NCBI RefSeq assembly: GCF_006345805.1
Contig: NC_043000.1
Location: 18,848,001-18,912,000, forward strand
DNA: 64,000 nt
Source: Octopus sinensis
Taxonomy: Eukaryota
Direction: 5' to 3'
This document shows, one piece after another, positions 38,207-52,680 of this stretch. The translations under genes and the position numbers were made by a program. The notes beneath the pieces were generated by a model. That model was not told where the DNA came from and did not search any database. It saw nothing but the letters and a program-made list of their open reading frames with translations. Position 1 is the stretch's first letter. Each line of letters starts with the position of its first letter.

Positions 38207-38407
38207 CAACTTATAAACAAAAGCAAAGGAAAATTATTTCTATGCCAATATGCTGAGAACAGACTTTAAATCGTCAATTTCCACATTTCACTTTACAATC
38301 ACTATAAATACACGTGATTGTAAAATGAAATGTGAAAATTGCCGATTTAAAGTCTGTTCTCAGCGTATTGGCATAGAAATTTTTCCTTTGTCCTTGTTTA
38401 TAGGTTG
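38207..38407. repeat. Fold-back inverted repeat, ~95-bp arms, 11-nt loop
   Basis: 38207-38302 pairs with 38314-38407, roughly 90% identical by eye. Confidence 0.9.
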
Positions 38408-38532
38408 CTTATAATTTTAACCTTTAAAGGCATTTTAATATGCTGCCACTTTTGATGAATTTTTTCTGAAGAAAAAATGTTATCCTATATTAGTAGTAGT
38501 AGTAGTAGTAGTAGTATATATATATATATAAT

Positions 38533-38574
<42 letters not shown>

Positions 38575-38929
38575 GATTATATATGCATATTGTATAGATA
38601 TATCTGTATCTATGCACATATACATGTGTGTGTGTGTGTGTGTGTGTGTACACATAAAGTATTGGCTAGAAAATTTACTTCTGTTTACAGTTTCTTTGCT
38701 TGTGAAAAGAATGATAAAGAGAAAACCCCACAAAACACTTAAAACATTTTCCAAATAGTTATCAGATGTAGTTTTATGGCGTTTGCTTTATAATTAATGC
38801 TATAACAATATAAATCCAATTAAAACGTTTAGGTAACAGTTTTGGTAATATATGAATATCTGAAAGGTCACGCATTGACTATTTTTCCACACCAGTCCCG
38901 TGCATTAATACAGTTATATGTTCACATAC

Positions 38930-39167
38930 ATATATACATACATACATACATACATACATGCATACATATACATATATATTAAAATATATATATATTATAT
39001 ATATATATACATACTATATATATATATATACATATATATGTAATATATATAATATATCTATATATATATATATATACATATATATACATATATATATATA
39101 CATATATATATATATATTATATATACATATATAATATGTATATATAAACATACATATATGTATATGT

Positions 39168-39204
<37 letters not shown>

Positions 39205-39496
39205 TACATATATTAAAGATATACAAATACACATATATACATATATGTATATACATATAAACATGCATATATATATACATTATATAGATATACAAATACA
39301 TATATAAATATATATAAATATTAAAAAAATACATATATATATACATATATATATATGTATATACATAGAAACAGCATATATATATAATACATATACAAAT
39401 ATATGCATATATACGTATATATATATTATATATATATATATATATAATATACATATGCATTTACATATATATATGCGTATCCGTATATATAAAGAT

Positions 39497-39537
<41 letters not shown>

Positions 39538-39955
39538 TACATACACACACACACACATATATATATATATGCATATACGTGTATATATATACATATCATA
39601 TATATATATATATACATACACACATATATATATATATGCACACATATATATAGAAATATATATATACATATATAGAAACATACATATATATATATATAGG
39701 CGTATATATGTACATACATATATGCACATATATATAGGTATATATATATATAAACACACATATATATACTTATATACATACATTCATGTATATACATTAT
39801 TTATATATATATATATATACATGCATATACACGCACACACACACTATTATATATATATATATGTGTATATATGCATACATATATATATACACATATATAT
39901 ATGTACATATATATCAATATATATTTATGTATACACATGCGTATACACATACAAA
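38930..39955. repeat. ~1-kb cryptic (TA)/(TACA) microsatellite
   Basis: Seen directly in sequence. Confidence 0.95.
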
Positions 39956-41162
39956 CGTATTATGCCTATGAGTGTGTATGGAGAGAGTAGAAGATATAGT
40001 GAGTTAGAGGTGACTCAGAAGAAGAAATAAATGAAGATGTATTTGAAACATGGCAGGAAATCCTATATCCAAGTGAATTGAATCAAATGATTTGTTGCGT
40101 GATCACTGCATGGTTCGTAGGATTGCAACAAAAAAAAAAAATGCCATGATTCGTAATTATTTATTTCAGGATCATCAACACTAATCTAAGAAACACGATT
40201 ATCTTATGCCTGTGTAATGCAAACATGCAGCCACAAAAGGATGTATGGCATTCCTCTTCAACAGATTAGGAGATGTTTGAGTGGTTGTATTCCATCCGAT
40301 ACAAATTTGAATATAACTAAGCTAAAAGTGGATTGTTTCTATCGTTCTAAGAAATTATTACAGAAATATTTCTACTGACGTTCCAAATAGGTGGAGATGG
40401 ATGGGTTTTGATTTTCTTGCCAGTTCTCTAAGATGTCTCTAAATGACTTTCAGTAGTTAGGCGATCAGAATTCGTATGAAGAATAAATGATTTGATAATA
40501 CTAATTACACAACCGATTACTAACCTATTGAGTACAGCTTAGGATCCCTTAATATATTGACACACGTTATAATACTTTAATATTTCAAACAGATACCTTA
40601 TTATCATAACGCATGTTATGATGCTTTAATATTCCAAGCAGGATACCTTAATATTTTAATTCTTGCAGCTTTGAATTGCAATAGAATTGAAGAAAAGAAT
40701 GCTTGTAAAATTGTAAAATTTCTAGTTTAAAAAGAAATATAAATAAACAAGCTAATAAAACGTTGGCGTTGTTGTGTTTCTAACCAGTTAACTTCGCAAT
40801 CAACTGGTTTTGGTTTAGTTCCTACTGAGTGGCAGCTTAAATAAGTGATTTCTGCTATAGCTTTAACCAAACAATGCCTTCTGAGTGAATTTGGTGTACA
40901 GAAAATGTACGGAAGTATGCTTGTGCGTGTGATTGTGTATGTATGCGTGTAATTCTATATTCGTGATTATGCCCCCGTAACTTAGCTGTACGACAAATGG
41001 GAGTTGCTACAGTAAGTTCCGAGTTTTATGACCTGGATCGGATGAAAGATAAATACTTTATATCTGGATAAAACGCTAGTCTATTATGGATAAAAATTCA
41101 CATGTGACCAGGCACTCCTCAACTTTTAAGTTTTTTTCCTTGAAATGCATCAAATATATCTC

Positions 41163-41498
41163 GCATGGCTCAGTGGTTAGAGCGTCGAGCTTACGATCGT
41201 GAGGTTGTGAGCTCGAATCCCGGACCGGGCTGCGTGTTGTGTTCTTGAGCAAGGCACTTTATTTCACATTGCTCCAGTTCACTCAGCTGTAGAAATGAGT
41301 TGCGACGTCACTGGTGCCAAGCTGTATCGACCTTTGTCTTTCCCTTGGATAACACTGGTGGCGTGGAGAGGGGAGGCTGGTATGCATGGGCGACTGCTGG
41401 TCTTCCATAAACAACCTTGCCCGGACTTGTGTCTAGGAGGGTTACTTTCTAGGTGTAATCCCATGGTCATTCATGACCGAAGGGGGTCTTTACCCTTT
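41163..41498 (+). mobile_element. tRNA-derived SINE family D
   Basis: A box tggctcagtgg, tRNA-Val(TAC)-like loop cttacga, B-box-like gctcgaatccc, and a 3' stem-loop ggtca-ttca-tgacc. Confidence 0.85.
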
Positions 41499-42435
41499 AT
41501 ATCTGAAGTATTGTAATTAAGTTTACTTTCTATGAGTAGATGTTGCAACGCATTCTCTACTGAAATATATTGCCTTTCAATATTGCACTAATCTAAAAAG
41601 GAGAGCAAAAGAATAGGAAAGCAGAAAAGAAATTTTGCATATAGTTAATCGTACATATTTTTTGTTGAACATTTTAATGGAAGCGTCATTCAATTCGTCC
41701 AGCTAGCGAGTTTCATACGTGCTTGGCGCTAACTTTAATAATAATAAAGCTCCGAAATTCCATTTCATTGCGGGAATCAATTGTGGATTCTTCGAATAAA
41801 TGCCTGCTTATATTTTCTAGCAGAGGAATATTGATTGAAAAGGTCATTTTCTTTAAAGAGATAATTTCTGCTACCATTTAATTTTGACATATTTGTAAAT
41901 ATACAAGGCACAATCAAATATCAGACGTTTTCATTTGACAACCAATTTCACATATTAAGAGAAATAATCAATCTTAACCAGTGAGTATAATAGCATCAAG
42001 AATCCTAGAAAAACATTTATTGGAGGTGCCATTCAATTCGTCCAGCAAATGAGTTCCATTAACTTACAATTTCTTTACATACATAATGATACTTCACGTC
42101 GAGTATATACGCTGGCCAACAAAAGATTCTGTCGAAAATGATAGAAAGAAAATACAAATGAAGTAAACGCGTTTCGATGATGTCGGCGTGCACTGCATTG
42201 AAAATATTTTCTAAGGTAGTAACACAACATACTCTTAGACACACACACACACACTCGTACATACACATATGCACACACATACACACACGTATATATGTAT
42301 ATGTATAGTAAGCATATGTGTGTATGTGTGTATGAATGTATGTATGCACGTACGTATGCATGTGGTACATGTATGTATATTATGTATGTATGTATGTATA
42401 TATATACCTATATCTCTCTCTCTCTCTCTCTCTCT

Positions 42436-42466
<31 letters not shown>

Positions 42467-42514
42467 CCTCCCTCTCTCTCTCTCTCTCTCTCTCCTCCCT
42501 CTCTCTCTCTCTCT

Positions 42515-42587
<73 letters not shown>

Positions 42588-43275
42588 TATATATAATTTT
42601 CAGTAGTAGTTGCAGACGAATTATCATTATTAGTAGTAGCGTGTTTTGTCAAATCACTGGTGAAAAATACAACAATAAATACAACGACAATGAAACGAAA
42701 ATAAAATGTAACATAGAGCGTTCATTTATATATAAAATGGAAACATAAGAAAAATGAAATTATTTTTTTATATATACGTCTTAATGGAAGTAAATTTACT
42801 AGACGTATAAATTCATTTAAAAAGAATTTCACATAATCGTTTTAGGATATATTGTAGTTAAGTACCAGAGTGATGTTGTCCAACATAAATCAATGTACAA
42901 AATAAGCATCAACAAAAGAGTTTGATGGATAAGATATTTAAAGATCATTTGCAATGATTTACTAACAATAAAACACTAATTAAGCATTAATTTTAATCAA
43001 TAACTTATGGAAAATCAACTGAAAATATATTTTAAAAACGTTCTGAATTTTTCTTTCTGAAAATTTTCTACTATGAGGTGAATATCGTCTAATTTTCCAG
43101 TCTTTTCTAGCAGTATTTAAGTTGTGTTCTATTGCGAATTTCTTTCGAATCTTTCCAGTTTAAATAGGGAATGGAATTATTTTAACTAGGAGTGGTCTAG
43201 TGTTGCAATGATATATTTTTTGGTAATAAAGGAAATAGTTAATCCACAATGCTAATATATAGTTTATGACACTAT

Positions 43276-43449
43276 TGGTTGGCATCCTTTCTGTCTCGGG
43301 AGACAATGGAGTTGCGCATAAAGTAGTCTAGTCCGGCTTTTATATTTCATGTCCTGATACATTTCCTGCTGTGGCTGTGTAGTCCTATCCTGGACAAATA
43401 CTCCCTCTGGCAGGTACCGCAAATGTAGCGAAGACTGTTCCTGGCTGGT
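43276..43449 (-). mobile_element. RTE (BovB-like) LINE extreme 3' end with 9-bp TSD
   Basis: Minus translation YICGTCQREYLSRIGLHSHSRKC (terminal C2H2-like motif of RTE ORFs); TSD tgacactat at 43267-43275 and 43450-43458. Confidence 0.8.
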
Positions 43450-46400
43450 TGACACTATATATTACGTAATATTATGTACATTTACCTTGAGTTCCAGATA
43501 TAGTAATGAAATAGATTTCGAAACATTTCGTACGAGGCAATTAATAATTCCTTCTATTATAAGCAAAAGACCTGAAATGGTTTTTTATTGTGTGAGGAGA
43601 AATCTAGTCGATTACATGGACCCCAGTGTTTAACTGGTACTTATTTTATCGACTCCACAAAAGATGAAAGGCAAGACCTGCCTCGGTAGATATTGAACGT
43701 AAATAATGCCGTAAAGTATTTTGCCCGACACGCTAACGATTCTGCCAGATTGCTGCCTATTACTAGGTACTTATAATTTAGGTACATTCTCTTGCACTTT
43801 GGAGAGTAAAGGTCTTAATCAATACTATCGACCTTGGTGCTTGACTAATACTTTATCATCCTGAAAAGATGAAACTCAAAAGTGTTATCTGCAGGATTTA
43901 AACTCAGAATGTAGAACCGAAGCTTATATCACAAAACATTTTCCCCCACAGTCTAATGATTCTGCCAGCTAACCGCCTTTAATAGGAAATTTTCTATAGG
44001 TGAAAATGACATCAAAGTCAGTGTGTGTATATGCATATGTATGTGTGTGTATGTGTGTGTAAGTGTGTATATATGTGTGCGCACACGTGTACGTTTAGGC
44101 TAAATTATACGGCGCTCCCTTTTACCGTCTGGAGATGTTAAAGTCGCTGTTAGAATACCATGCTTTTTAAGTGCAAACCTTTGTAAAATTCTGTATTTAC
44201 CTTTAAAACAAAAGAAATGCATTAAATTCTTGAATGCAGTATCATAAAATATTGCACTCCAATGCAAGATTGAAGAATCATTTCAATTGATTTGTTCATT
44301 GTGATTCCTAAATCTACCCTCTGCCAAGAAACACGCTACCTTCTCTGAGAGGATTATATATACAGGGCTAATTTATTTTGTTTTATAATTAAGATGAGAT
44401 TGCAAGAGCTAGAAAGCCTAATGATATCTAAGAAAGTTGATTATATATTTACATATTAAGAAGTCGGATTTTGTATATCTCCCAGCTGCTCAGTTGGCTA
44501 TTTCTGTGACATAGCTTTGCTCTCGAAGAATTGGTCAAAGTTTCCCAAATAACTACATGAATGGGTAACTATACTCAAATATGGATGATAATTAATCCCT
44601 GTTGATATATTTTTCAAGCCTTCCCCACCACCTACGAAGAACACAGATAATCTTTACAAGGCCGCTTGTCAACAAAGCAGCAATGAAAGTCTGAAGTTTA
44701 TACAGCGCAAATCAGTAAGAGAAATGAAACGGAGTGAAGGAAAAAGATGAAGGAAAATTAGCGAAGGAACGTGATAAGATATCAGAGATATGAGTTAATG
44801 ATAGAGAGAATGAAAGAAAGAGAGAGAGAGGGGAGAGAGAAAGAGAAAGAAAAAAAGAGAGAGAGTGAAAGTAGGAAGAAATAATCCTTTCCACTATAGG
44901 CACAAGGCCTGAAATGTTGGGCAAGGGGAATAGCCGACTACATCGACTCCAGTGTTTTTCTGATGCTTAATTTATCGGCCCCGAAAAGATGAAAGGCAAA
45001 GTCGACCTCGGCAGTATTTGAACTCAGTCCGTAACGACGGGCGAAATACCGTTAGGCATTTCGTTCACTGTACTAACGAATTTACCATCTCGTAGAAGAG
45101 GAAGAAATAATGAAGTATAAGAGTGAGAATAATGGAGGAGAGTAAAGAAATGGGAGAGCAAGAAAGCGAAGAGAAAATAGGTATTTTCAAATGAAGCTCT
45201 TAAAGGAATTCTCGGTCACAAAGAACATGATTAACTTCAGACTGTAGGAAGGAGACGAGGAGTATCACAAATAGAAAGCCAATGTTCAGTATAAGTTGGA
45301 GAAAAGAAAATTCTGCAGAACGACAGCAATAAATACAAAAAGAAACAGAAATAAGATCCTGAAAGAAGGCAAAACAAAACACAAGAAGGAAACGGGTCAA
45401 AGTTCAAAGAGAAAAGGATTAAAATTCATTAAAACGAGACTATCAAAATCCTCTATTTTTCAGTTATATTATGAAAAAAAAAAATTAATCTTTGTTCAAA
45501 AATGTCACATGTATTCAAGTTATATTTCATATTAAACACGCACTGAAGCTGCTACAATAGCAAGTTATCTTCTCGTTACTCTTAAAAACGTGTTATTCAT
45601 CAGGAAATTGTTAATTAAAATCAATTATAAAATAGTAAAATCTTCCATTTTACTACAGCGTTGAGCATCAGGTGTTAAATTATGAAAGCAAATCTGTTAA
45701 TGACTCTCTTTACAGTCGATAATTAAATAAACAGACATATTTCAGCGGTAGACAGATTGCCAGTGTGTTAGACACAGTTTCAATTATATCAAATGTGAAA
45801 GACAGCACGTCTTTTATATAGTGAAATACATGGAAGTAAGAGAAATAATTTCTTTTTTAATCAATCATGTTTTATCTTATCTTTCCCTAGCGTTTTCTCG
45901 TTTTCATTAACACAATACGCTCAGTAAAACAACTATTAGAGAAAAAGAGTTAATTTCAATAAATTTCAAAGAAAAAGCGTTAGTTCGTTGTATTTACTCA
46001 ATTTATCACTTTTGGTAAAGAACCACCTTTTTCTTTGTAAGTCTAAAGCTTTAAGCGCTGATAGAAAATTCATAAACACACACACATATATTTACGTTCA
46101 GCACTTCATTTTATCATTGTTGTTTAGCACTCTCGAGTCAGCACTGATCGAGACATCTATGAGCAAAATCCAGCTGTGGTTACTCCATATTTTATTCAGG
46201 TGTAATATATAGTTAGCCAAGGGCTACAACATCCAATGTAACTTTTGTTTTTTAAGGCGCTTGAAATTTTATTTTGTAGTACTTCAGTTGTAACTTCTTG
46301 TAAGTTGACTGATCGTTGATTTTGACCTTTTTATAGTTTAATCAGAAGTTGGTTACGTTTGTGGCATTCATACGCTTCTAGAACCGTGTGAAACTCACGC

Positions 46401-46605
46401 GTTTGATATTCAGTTTCAACATACATAGATGAACATCTGCAAGAAAAACACGGGAAAGAAGGGAATTAACAGGCTGTCGCTCTTGGGTGTAGTATCTAGG
46501 CATAAAGATGAACGTGAGGTCTGGAAGGGATGACACGGTATGGTTGACAAAGTATGGTTGATAAGGCAGCGGTATGGTTGACACGGTATGGTTGATAAGG
46601 CAGCG

Positions 46606-46819
46606 AGCTGGCAGAAACGGTAGCACGTCGGGCGAAATGCGTAACCGTATTTCGTCTGCCGTTACGTTCTGAGTTCAAATTCCGCCGAGGTCGACTTTGC
46701 CTTTCATCCTTTCGGGGTCGATAAATTAAGTACCAGTTACGCACTGGGGTCGATGTAATCGACTTAATCTCCTTGTCTGTCCTCTCTGTGTTTAGCCCCT
46801 TGTGGGTAGTAAAGAAATA
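46606..46819 (+). mobile_element. Full-length SINE family A
   Basis: Head to tail intact; flanked by ggtatggttgaca repeats. Confidence 0.9.
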
Positions 46820-47814
46820 GGTATGGTTGACAAAACTAGAAGAAAAGTGTGTGTCGAGTGGAATTAAAGTAGAGGTGAAGTGCAGATCACTTCCGGAGGA
46901 GCAGGAGCTAGTGAAGTGCAGTAGAAAAGGTAGAGTGGGAATGGAGCGTTTAGAAGTTGAAGAACTGTGTTTGTAAGTTCTTGATAACCAACTGATTGAC
47001 TTTCGTTTAAGTGCTTTCGAGGACATCTATTTGGGTAGCAGCGGCAAATTGCAACATATTATATAGTAAATATTAATCCAGTATCCAATTGATCAGCAGA
47101 TCTGATTGTCTGGCAAATATCCATCACACTGAACCTTACCTAAACACACTGGACAATACTACTACTGATATGTAATTTGGGGTATTGTCATAACTGGAAC
47201 ACTTTTGACACGAGAAAGAATTTCCTGCAAGGAGTGTAGCATGTGCTGATTACATAAAACACACCCACTATGAAAACTTAATGAACAACATCACTCTCAA
47301 TTACGGAAAGGAAAATCACTCCAATTATCCAATGAACGATCAAAGGAATGTGTCCAGTATTGGGAAAAGACCTGATATCGTGATCGCTATTACAAAATTT
47401 AAGATTTACGGACCGCTTCTCTGCGCCAAAGCTACGGTTGACAGAACAAATTTATCTGAATATGTGGCAACAATTCATTGAGCCTAAATTAACTGTAGAT
47501 TACAAAATTAACGCTGTTGTATTTCAATAAAAAGGTACCCTTTGTCATTATACCACTCTTGTTCAGTATGTGCAGCTTAACAGTTTCCAAATCGGTAGAT
47601 TAGACATAGGAGGAAAGCTTCTAGGTTTCTTTACTTAGGGGTTTTATGAAATCGCAAGTGTACCAAAATATGATTACAACTCGTGGACATAAGATAACAT
47701 GGCGTTGGAAATGATCTTGGATGTATTTCAAAATGTTTTTGAAAAACATAATTTGTGCAAAGCTGTTATGTCGAAATCTATTTTCGAAACTTGAATCAGA
47801 GTTACCAATCATTC

Positions 47815-48220
47815 ATTACTCTTTTACTCTTTTACTCTTTTACTTGTTTCAGTCATTTGACTGCGGCCATGCTGGAGCACCGCCTTTAGTCGAGCAACTC
47901 GACCCCGGACTTATTCTTTTGTAAGCCCAGTACTTATTCTATCGGTCTCCTTTGCCGAACCGCTAAGTAACGGGTACGTAAACACACCAGCATCGGTTGT
48001 CAAGCAATGCTAGGGGATAAACACAGACACACAAACACATATATATATATACATATATACGACGGGCTTCTTTCAGTTTCCGTCTACCAAATCTACTCAC
48101 AAAGCATTGGTCGGCCCGAGGCTATAGAAGACACTTGCCCAAGATGCCACGCAGTGGTACTGAACCCGGAACCATGTGGTTGGTAAACAAGCTACTTACC
48201 ACACAGCCACTCTTGCGCCT
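47815..48220 (-). mobile_element. Full-length SINE family B
   Basis: Minus head aggcgcaagagtggctgtgtggtaagtagc...gggttcagtaccac; central microsatellite; tail (agtaaaag)n. Confidence 0.92.
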
Positions 48221-50154
48221 ACATTCTACAATTAGGTTTTATATTTTAAAGCCTAAAAATGTGATGTGTTAAGATTTGGATCTCACTGTTAAATATTATA
48301 TTCAGTTTTATCATTCCTAAATTGAAATTGATACAACATATTTCGCTTTTAGGATTAATTTACATCTTCATTAGAGAATGGATGTTAAAACATAGTATGG
48401 AATCAGAAATAATGGTTTCTGATTTAGGTACAAGGATGAAACGCAGGTAAACTCGGTAGGATTTCAATTCAGAACGTAAAAGCCAGAACAAAAACTTCAA
48501 AGCATTTTTACAAAGCTCGAGTGATTCTAACAATTCGCTGTCGCCAATCAATAGTGGTTTCTGATTTAGGCACAAGATTAGAAATTTTGTGGGGAGGGGT
48601 TTTTGCCAGTCAAGGACGAAAGGCAAGGTTAAATTGGATGGAAGTTGAACTGAAACCATGAAGATCTAGAACAAGTACTGTAAAGCATTACCCTACGCTC
48701 TAACGATTTTGTCAGCTTGTTGCTCATTGAAATCAGAAATGTTTCTAAGTAATTATTTCGTATCAATTGGTAACGGTAATTATTTGATCCAGCCACGCTT
48801 TGTTTCATTATGTATTTCAAATACAGTTTTTCCGTAACGAAACACTTATTACGCAACTCTAAAGTAAGTGCTAACCTACTTATTATCACTCCTATTCATT
48901 GGAGGCTAAAACGAATCACCCAGCTGGTTTAACACCCCTGTCTGCGTGGCACGTGTGTACTCACTCTTTTGTAAACATTCGTGTCAGTTATTCAGTATAA
49001 GAACACATTCTCACTTCTTTCTGCCAGTCTCAGAGATTCTAAAAGGGTTAAGAGGCAATGATACGCTTTCTCTGAGTAAACCCATAAAAATGAAAAGTAG
49101 CAAATTTTGATTCCGTTGACAAAAATGATCGACAGAAAAACATATGGTCTATGATAAATTGAATCAGTTTTTAGTTACATATTCCACGCTCAAAAGTGAA
49201 CGTTAATTACAACCTTCCACTTATTTATTTTTACTGTAGTGATATGTACCTACTCATGGTACCTACACACAAGCTACAAGAAGTGAGTAATCTGGTTTTG
49301 ACTATAGACATAGTGTGGTGTAACTAAAGGGATACAAAATGTTCACAATTCGAACATTTGATCGGAATCTTGTGCCACCTTGGGAGAACGATGGTTAAAA
49401 TGCAAGTTTAATGATTTCTTATACCGCTACAAATTCATTTCTCTGCCTGTAGACAAGGGGAAATGGTATTCTGTGACTTTCCTACAGTCCTCGAGCACAT
49501 TGATGTAAATCAAGTGATATGGTTTCAACTATTGATGCACTAATCGACTGAACCTCTATTTCAAACAATAGATACATAGCTGTATGTTACCTTCATGTTT
49601 CTCTAGTTTTATAATCGGAAACCATGTATTTGTATGGTATCAGATGATTTCCTTCCTGTGATATTAAAAAGTATTCTAATCTGTATAAATGAATGAATGT
49701 GATAAGAACCCACGTTCATTAAAAAGGAGTTAAAAATATATGTAAAAACATAAAATACACACAGTTGCATATTCACAGGCGTGTTTAAATATACATTGTT
49801 ACAACAGTGATATAGGATAAATCGATAATGCAGTGACATACGTATACAGTGATGTTTAAGAATTAAGAATACAAGTTGTACATTTTTGATATATGTAAAA
49901 ATGTACATAGACTTATCTAATTACATATATATGTGTTTATATATAAATATATTTAATGTGGTATTTCAAGTAGGACACAGGCATGACTGTATGGTTAAGA
50001 AGTTAGCTTGACAATTATGTGACTTCGGGCTTAGTTCCACTGCGTGGCACCGTCAGCAAGTGTCTTCTACTATAGCCCCGGGTTAACTAATATCTTGTGA
50101 GTCAATTTGGTGGCAGAAACCATCGTTTATATATATATAAATACATACACACAC

Positions 50155-50214
<60 letters not shown>

Positions 50215-50285
50215 AATAGATGAGTGTATTTTTACCTTGTTAACAATTAACACGGAAAAAATAAATAAATACTTACCATTTTTTA

Positions 50286-50352
<67 letters not shown>

Positions 50353-50481
50353 TATATTAAATTAGAGACAAAACCACTATTAGGCAAATCATACAATAAA
50401 AAACTTAAACCAATACATAAGATTATTTAATTTATATTATTTAAATATATAATAAAATTATTAAAAAAATATAATTAATAT

Positions 50482-50550
50482 CACACTACGATCGTTTCAT
50501 GGCTGTTAATTTCTTTAAAATTCCGAGTCACAGTCATTCATCAGGTGGTT
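50482..50550 (-). ncRNA. Minimal type I hammerhead motif with canonical core and palindromic stem III
   Basis: (ac)CAC-CUGAUGA-AUGACUGU...ACAGCCAU-GAA-ACGAUCGU-A-GUG. Stem I is only about 3 bp in this copy. Confidence 0.65.
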
Positions 50551-50666
50551 TAAATATTTATCTTGGCGAGTTTTGTCTCTAATTTAATATAATATAATAT
50601 TTTACTATAAAATTGGATTCAATCCTAAATCTGATTTTTTCCTGTAAGTTTGGATTTATTCCCTAA

Positions 50667-50727
<61 letters not shown>

Positions 50728-51373
50728 AAGTAAAGGTAATAAACCACATTAAGGGATCATAAATCCAATGAAAATACTGGTTCAACTATAAGGTAACCAT
50801 ATAAAACCTGGTTCATATATTTATATATTTAAAGAATAAGGAGAGAATGGAGAGGTAATTGATAAAATTATTTATTAATTATAAAGTATGACAACGTTTC
50901 TCACAACTGCTTCGGTTTAGTAATTTTTAAATAATTAATTTAATAATCAAATCATTTAGAGGTAGTAAGGATATACCGATTAGAAATACATGCTGATGTT
51001 GAGATAACGGTTATAAAACCGTTCACTGATAGCATAAATACCAAAAGAGCCGGTTATAGAAGGGCTCAGTCTAACATAGGGGGAGAAGGTAGTATATATT
51101 ATATGTCTTACAGAAAGAAAGAAATGAAGAGATTAATAAAATTTCAAAGAAAAGGAAACAAGGAAGCAGAAAAACGCATGTATTTATAAATATAAAATTA
51201 TAATGCCACAATCCAACATAGAGGAAACAGGTAGTGTATATTTTATGTCTTAAATAATGAAGATATTAATATGATATTAAAGGGTATTAAGAAAGAGAAA
51301 AAGAAAAAAAGGGAAAAAGGAAGCAGAAAAACGCATGTATATATAAATATATAATAATGTCAAACAATATCAT

Positions 51374-51980
51374 TGTTCGACCGTGGTCGAGACAATGGAA
51401 TTTACCATGCTACGCCAGACTTCACGATCCATCATGGCATTACGGAGGTCCTGTTGCTGGATGCCTGTATCCCTGGAGATTACATCAGGGTAGGAGAGTG
51501 TGCGCCCTCTGGCATTGCGAGTAGATGGCTTCCAGAGGAGAAGAGGAGAAATTACTTCTTTTTCAGCTCTACAACAATGTCCAGCAAACTGGACTCTCCT
51601 ACCTTTCACAAGAGATGACACAGGTGGTAGTTTCCCATATATTTGCATTTTGGTTGGATGGCGCTTCCACGAGAGATTTTGAGCTCTCATAAGGAGGCGA
51701 GTGTAGGTTCCATCCAACCGCCTCTCAAGCTTCTTTGATAACGTCCAGGCTTCTGAGCCATATAGTAGAATTGGTTCGACTGTGGCTTTGAAGATTTCAA
51801 GTTTGAAGTGTCTACTTAGACTTGATGACCAGATCTTATGCATGTCATTACAGGCTGACCAGGCCATACCCTTTCTAGTTAGAAAGTCTTTTCCAGATGA
51901 TGATATGTATGACCCAAGATATTTGTAATCAGAAACCATATTTAAGGGCGCGTTGTTGAGAGTATGGATGATGCAATCAC
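51374..51980 (-). mobile_element. 5'-truncated RTE/RTEX-like LINE 3' end with 16-bp TSD
   Basis: YKYLGSYI...ILLYGSEAW...FAGHC; TSD tgtcaaacaatatcat at 51358-51373 and 51981-51996. Confidence 0.9.
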
Positions 51981-52263
51981 TGTCAAACAATATCATACTT
52001 AACTCTAATACTGCAATATAAAAACTTAAAGTTATAAAATTTAAGTCAAGTAGAAGCAAACAGTGGCAAAATATGTATTAACCGAAGTTATCAGGAAGGG
52101 GTAAATAATTTCTGAATATAATGATAATAATAACTTATCGTTTATGTTTATAATCATAATGCAATAAAATTTAATTTAAATAAATGAATAAATAGCAAAT
52201 CCAGAATAATATGGAAAGAGAAAATATCAAAATACAAACTATTCTTTTAAATAAAATATTAAT

Positions 52264-52680
52264 TACTCTTTTACTTGTTTCAGTCATTTGACTGCGGCCA
52301 TGCTGGAGAACCGCCTTTAGTCGAGCAAATCGACCCCAGGACTTATTCTTTTTGTAAGCCCAGTACTTATTCTATCGGTCTCTTTTTGTCGAACCGCTAA
52401 GTGACGGGGACGTAAACACACCAGCATCGGTTGTCAAGCAATGCTAGGGGAACAAACACAGTTACACAACACACACACACACACACACACACCACACATA
52501 AAAAAAAAATATATATACATATATACGACAGGCTTCTTTCAGTTTCCCTCTACCAAATCCACTCACAAAGCATTGGTCGGCCCGGGGCTATAGCAGAAGA
52601 CACTTGCCCAAGATGCCACGCAGTGGGATTGAACCCGGAACCATGTGGTTGGTTAGCAAGCTACTTACCACACAGCCACT
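52264..52680 (-). mobile_element. SINE family B
   Basis: Near-complete copy homologous to 47815-48220. Confidence 0.9.

Noticed and set aside
41163-41235. tRNA gene call (also SINE heads at 15320-15387 and 13960)
   Set aside because: Acceptor stems do not close and each continues into a SINE body, so these are not functional tRNAs.
46500-46975. Open frame across the SINE empty site ending near gtaagt
   Set aside because: More like a decayed RTE C-terminus (VKCRSL...GR) than a host exon.
50880-50920. gaaacgttgtc hammerhead-like half on the minus strand
   Set aside because: Core and stems I and II do not fit.
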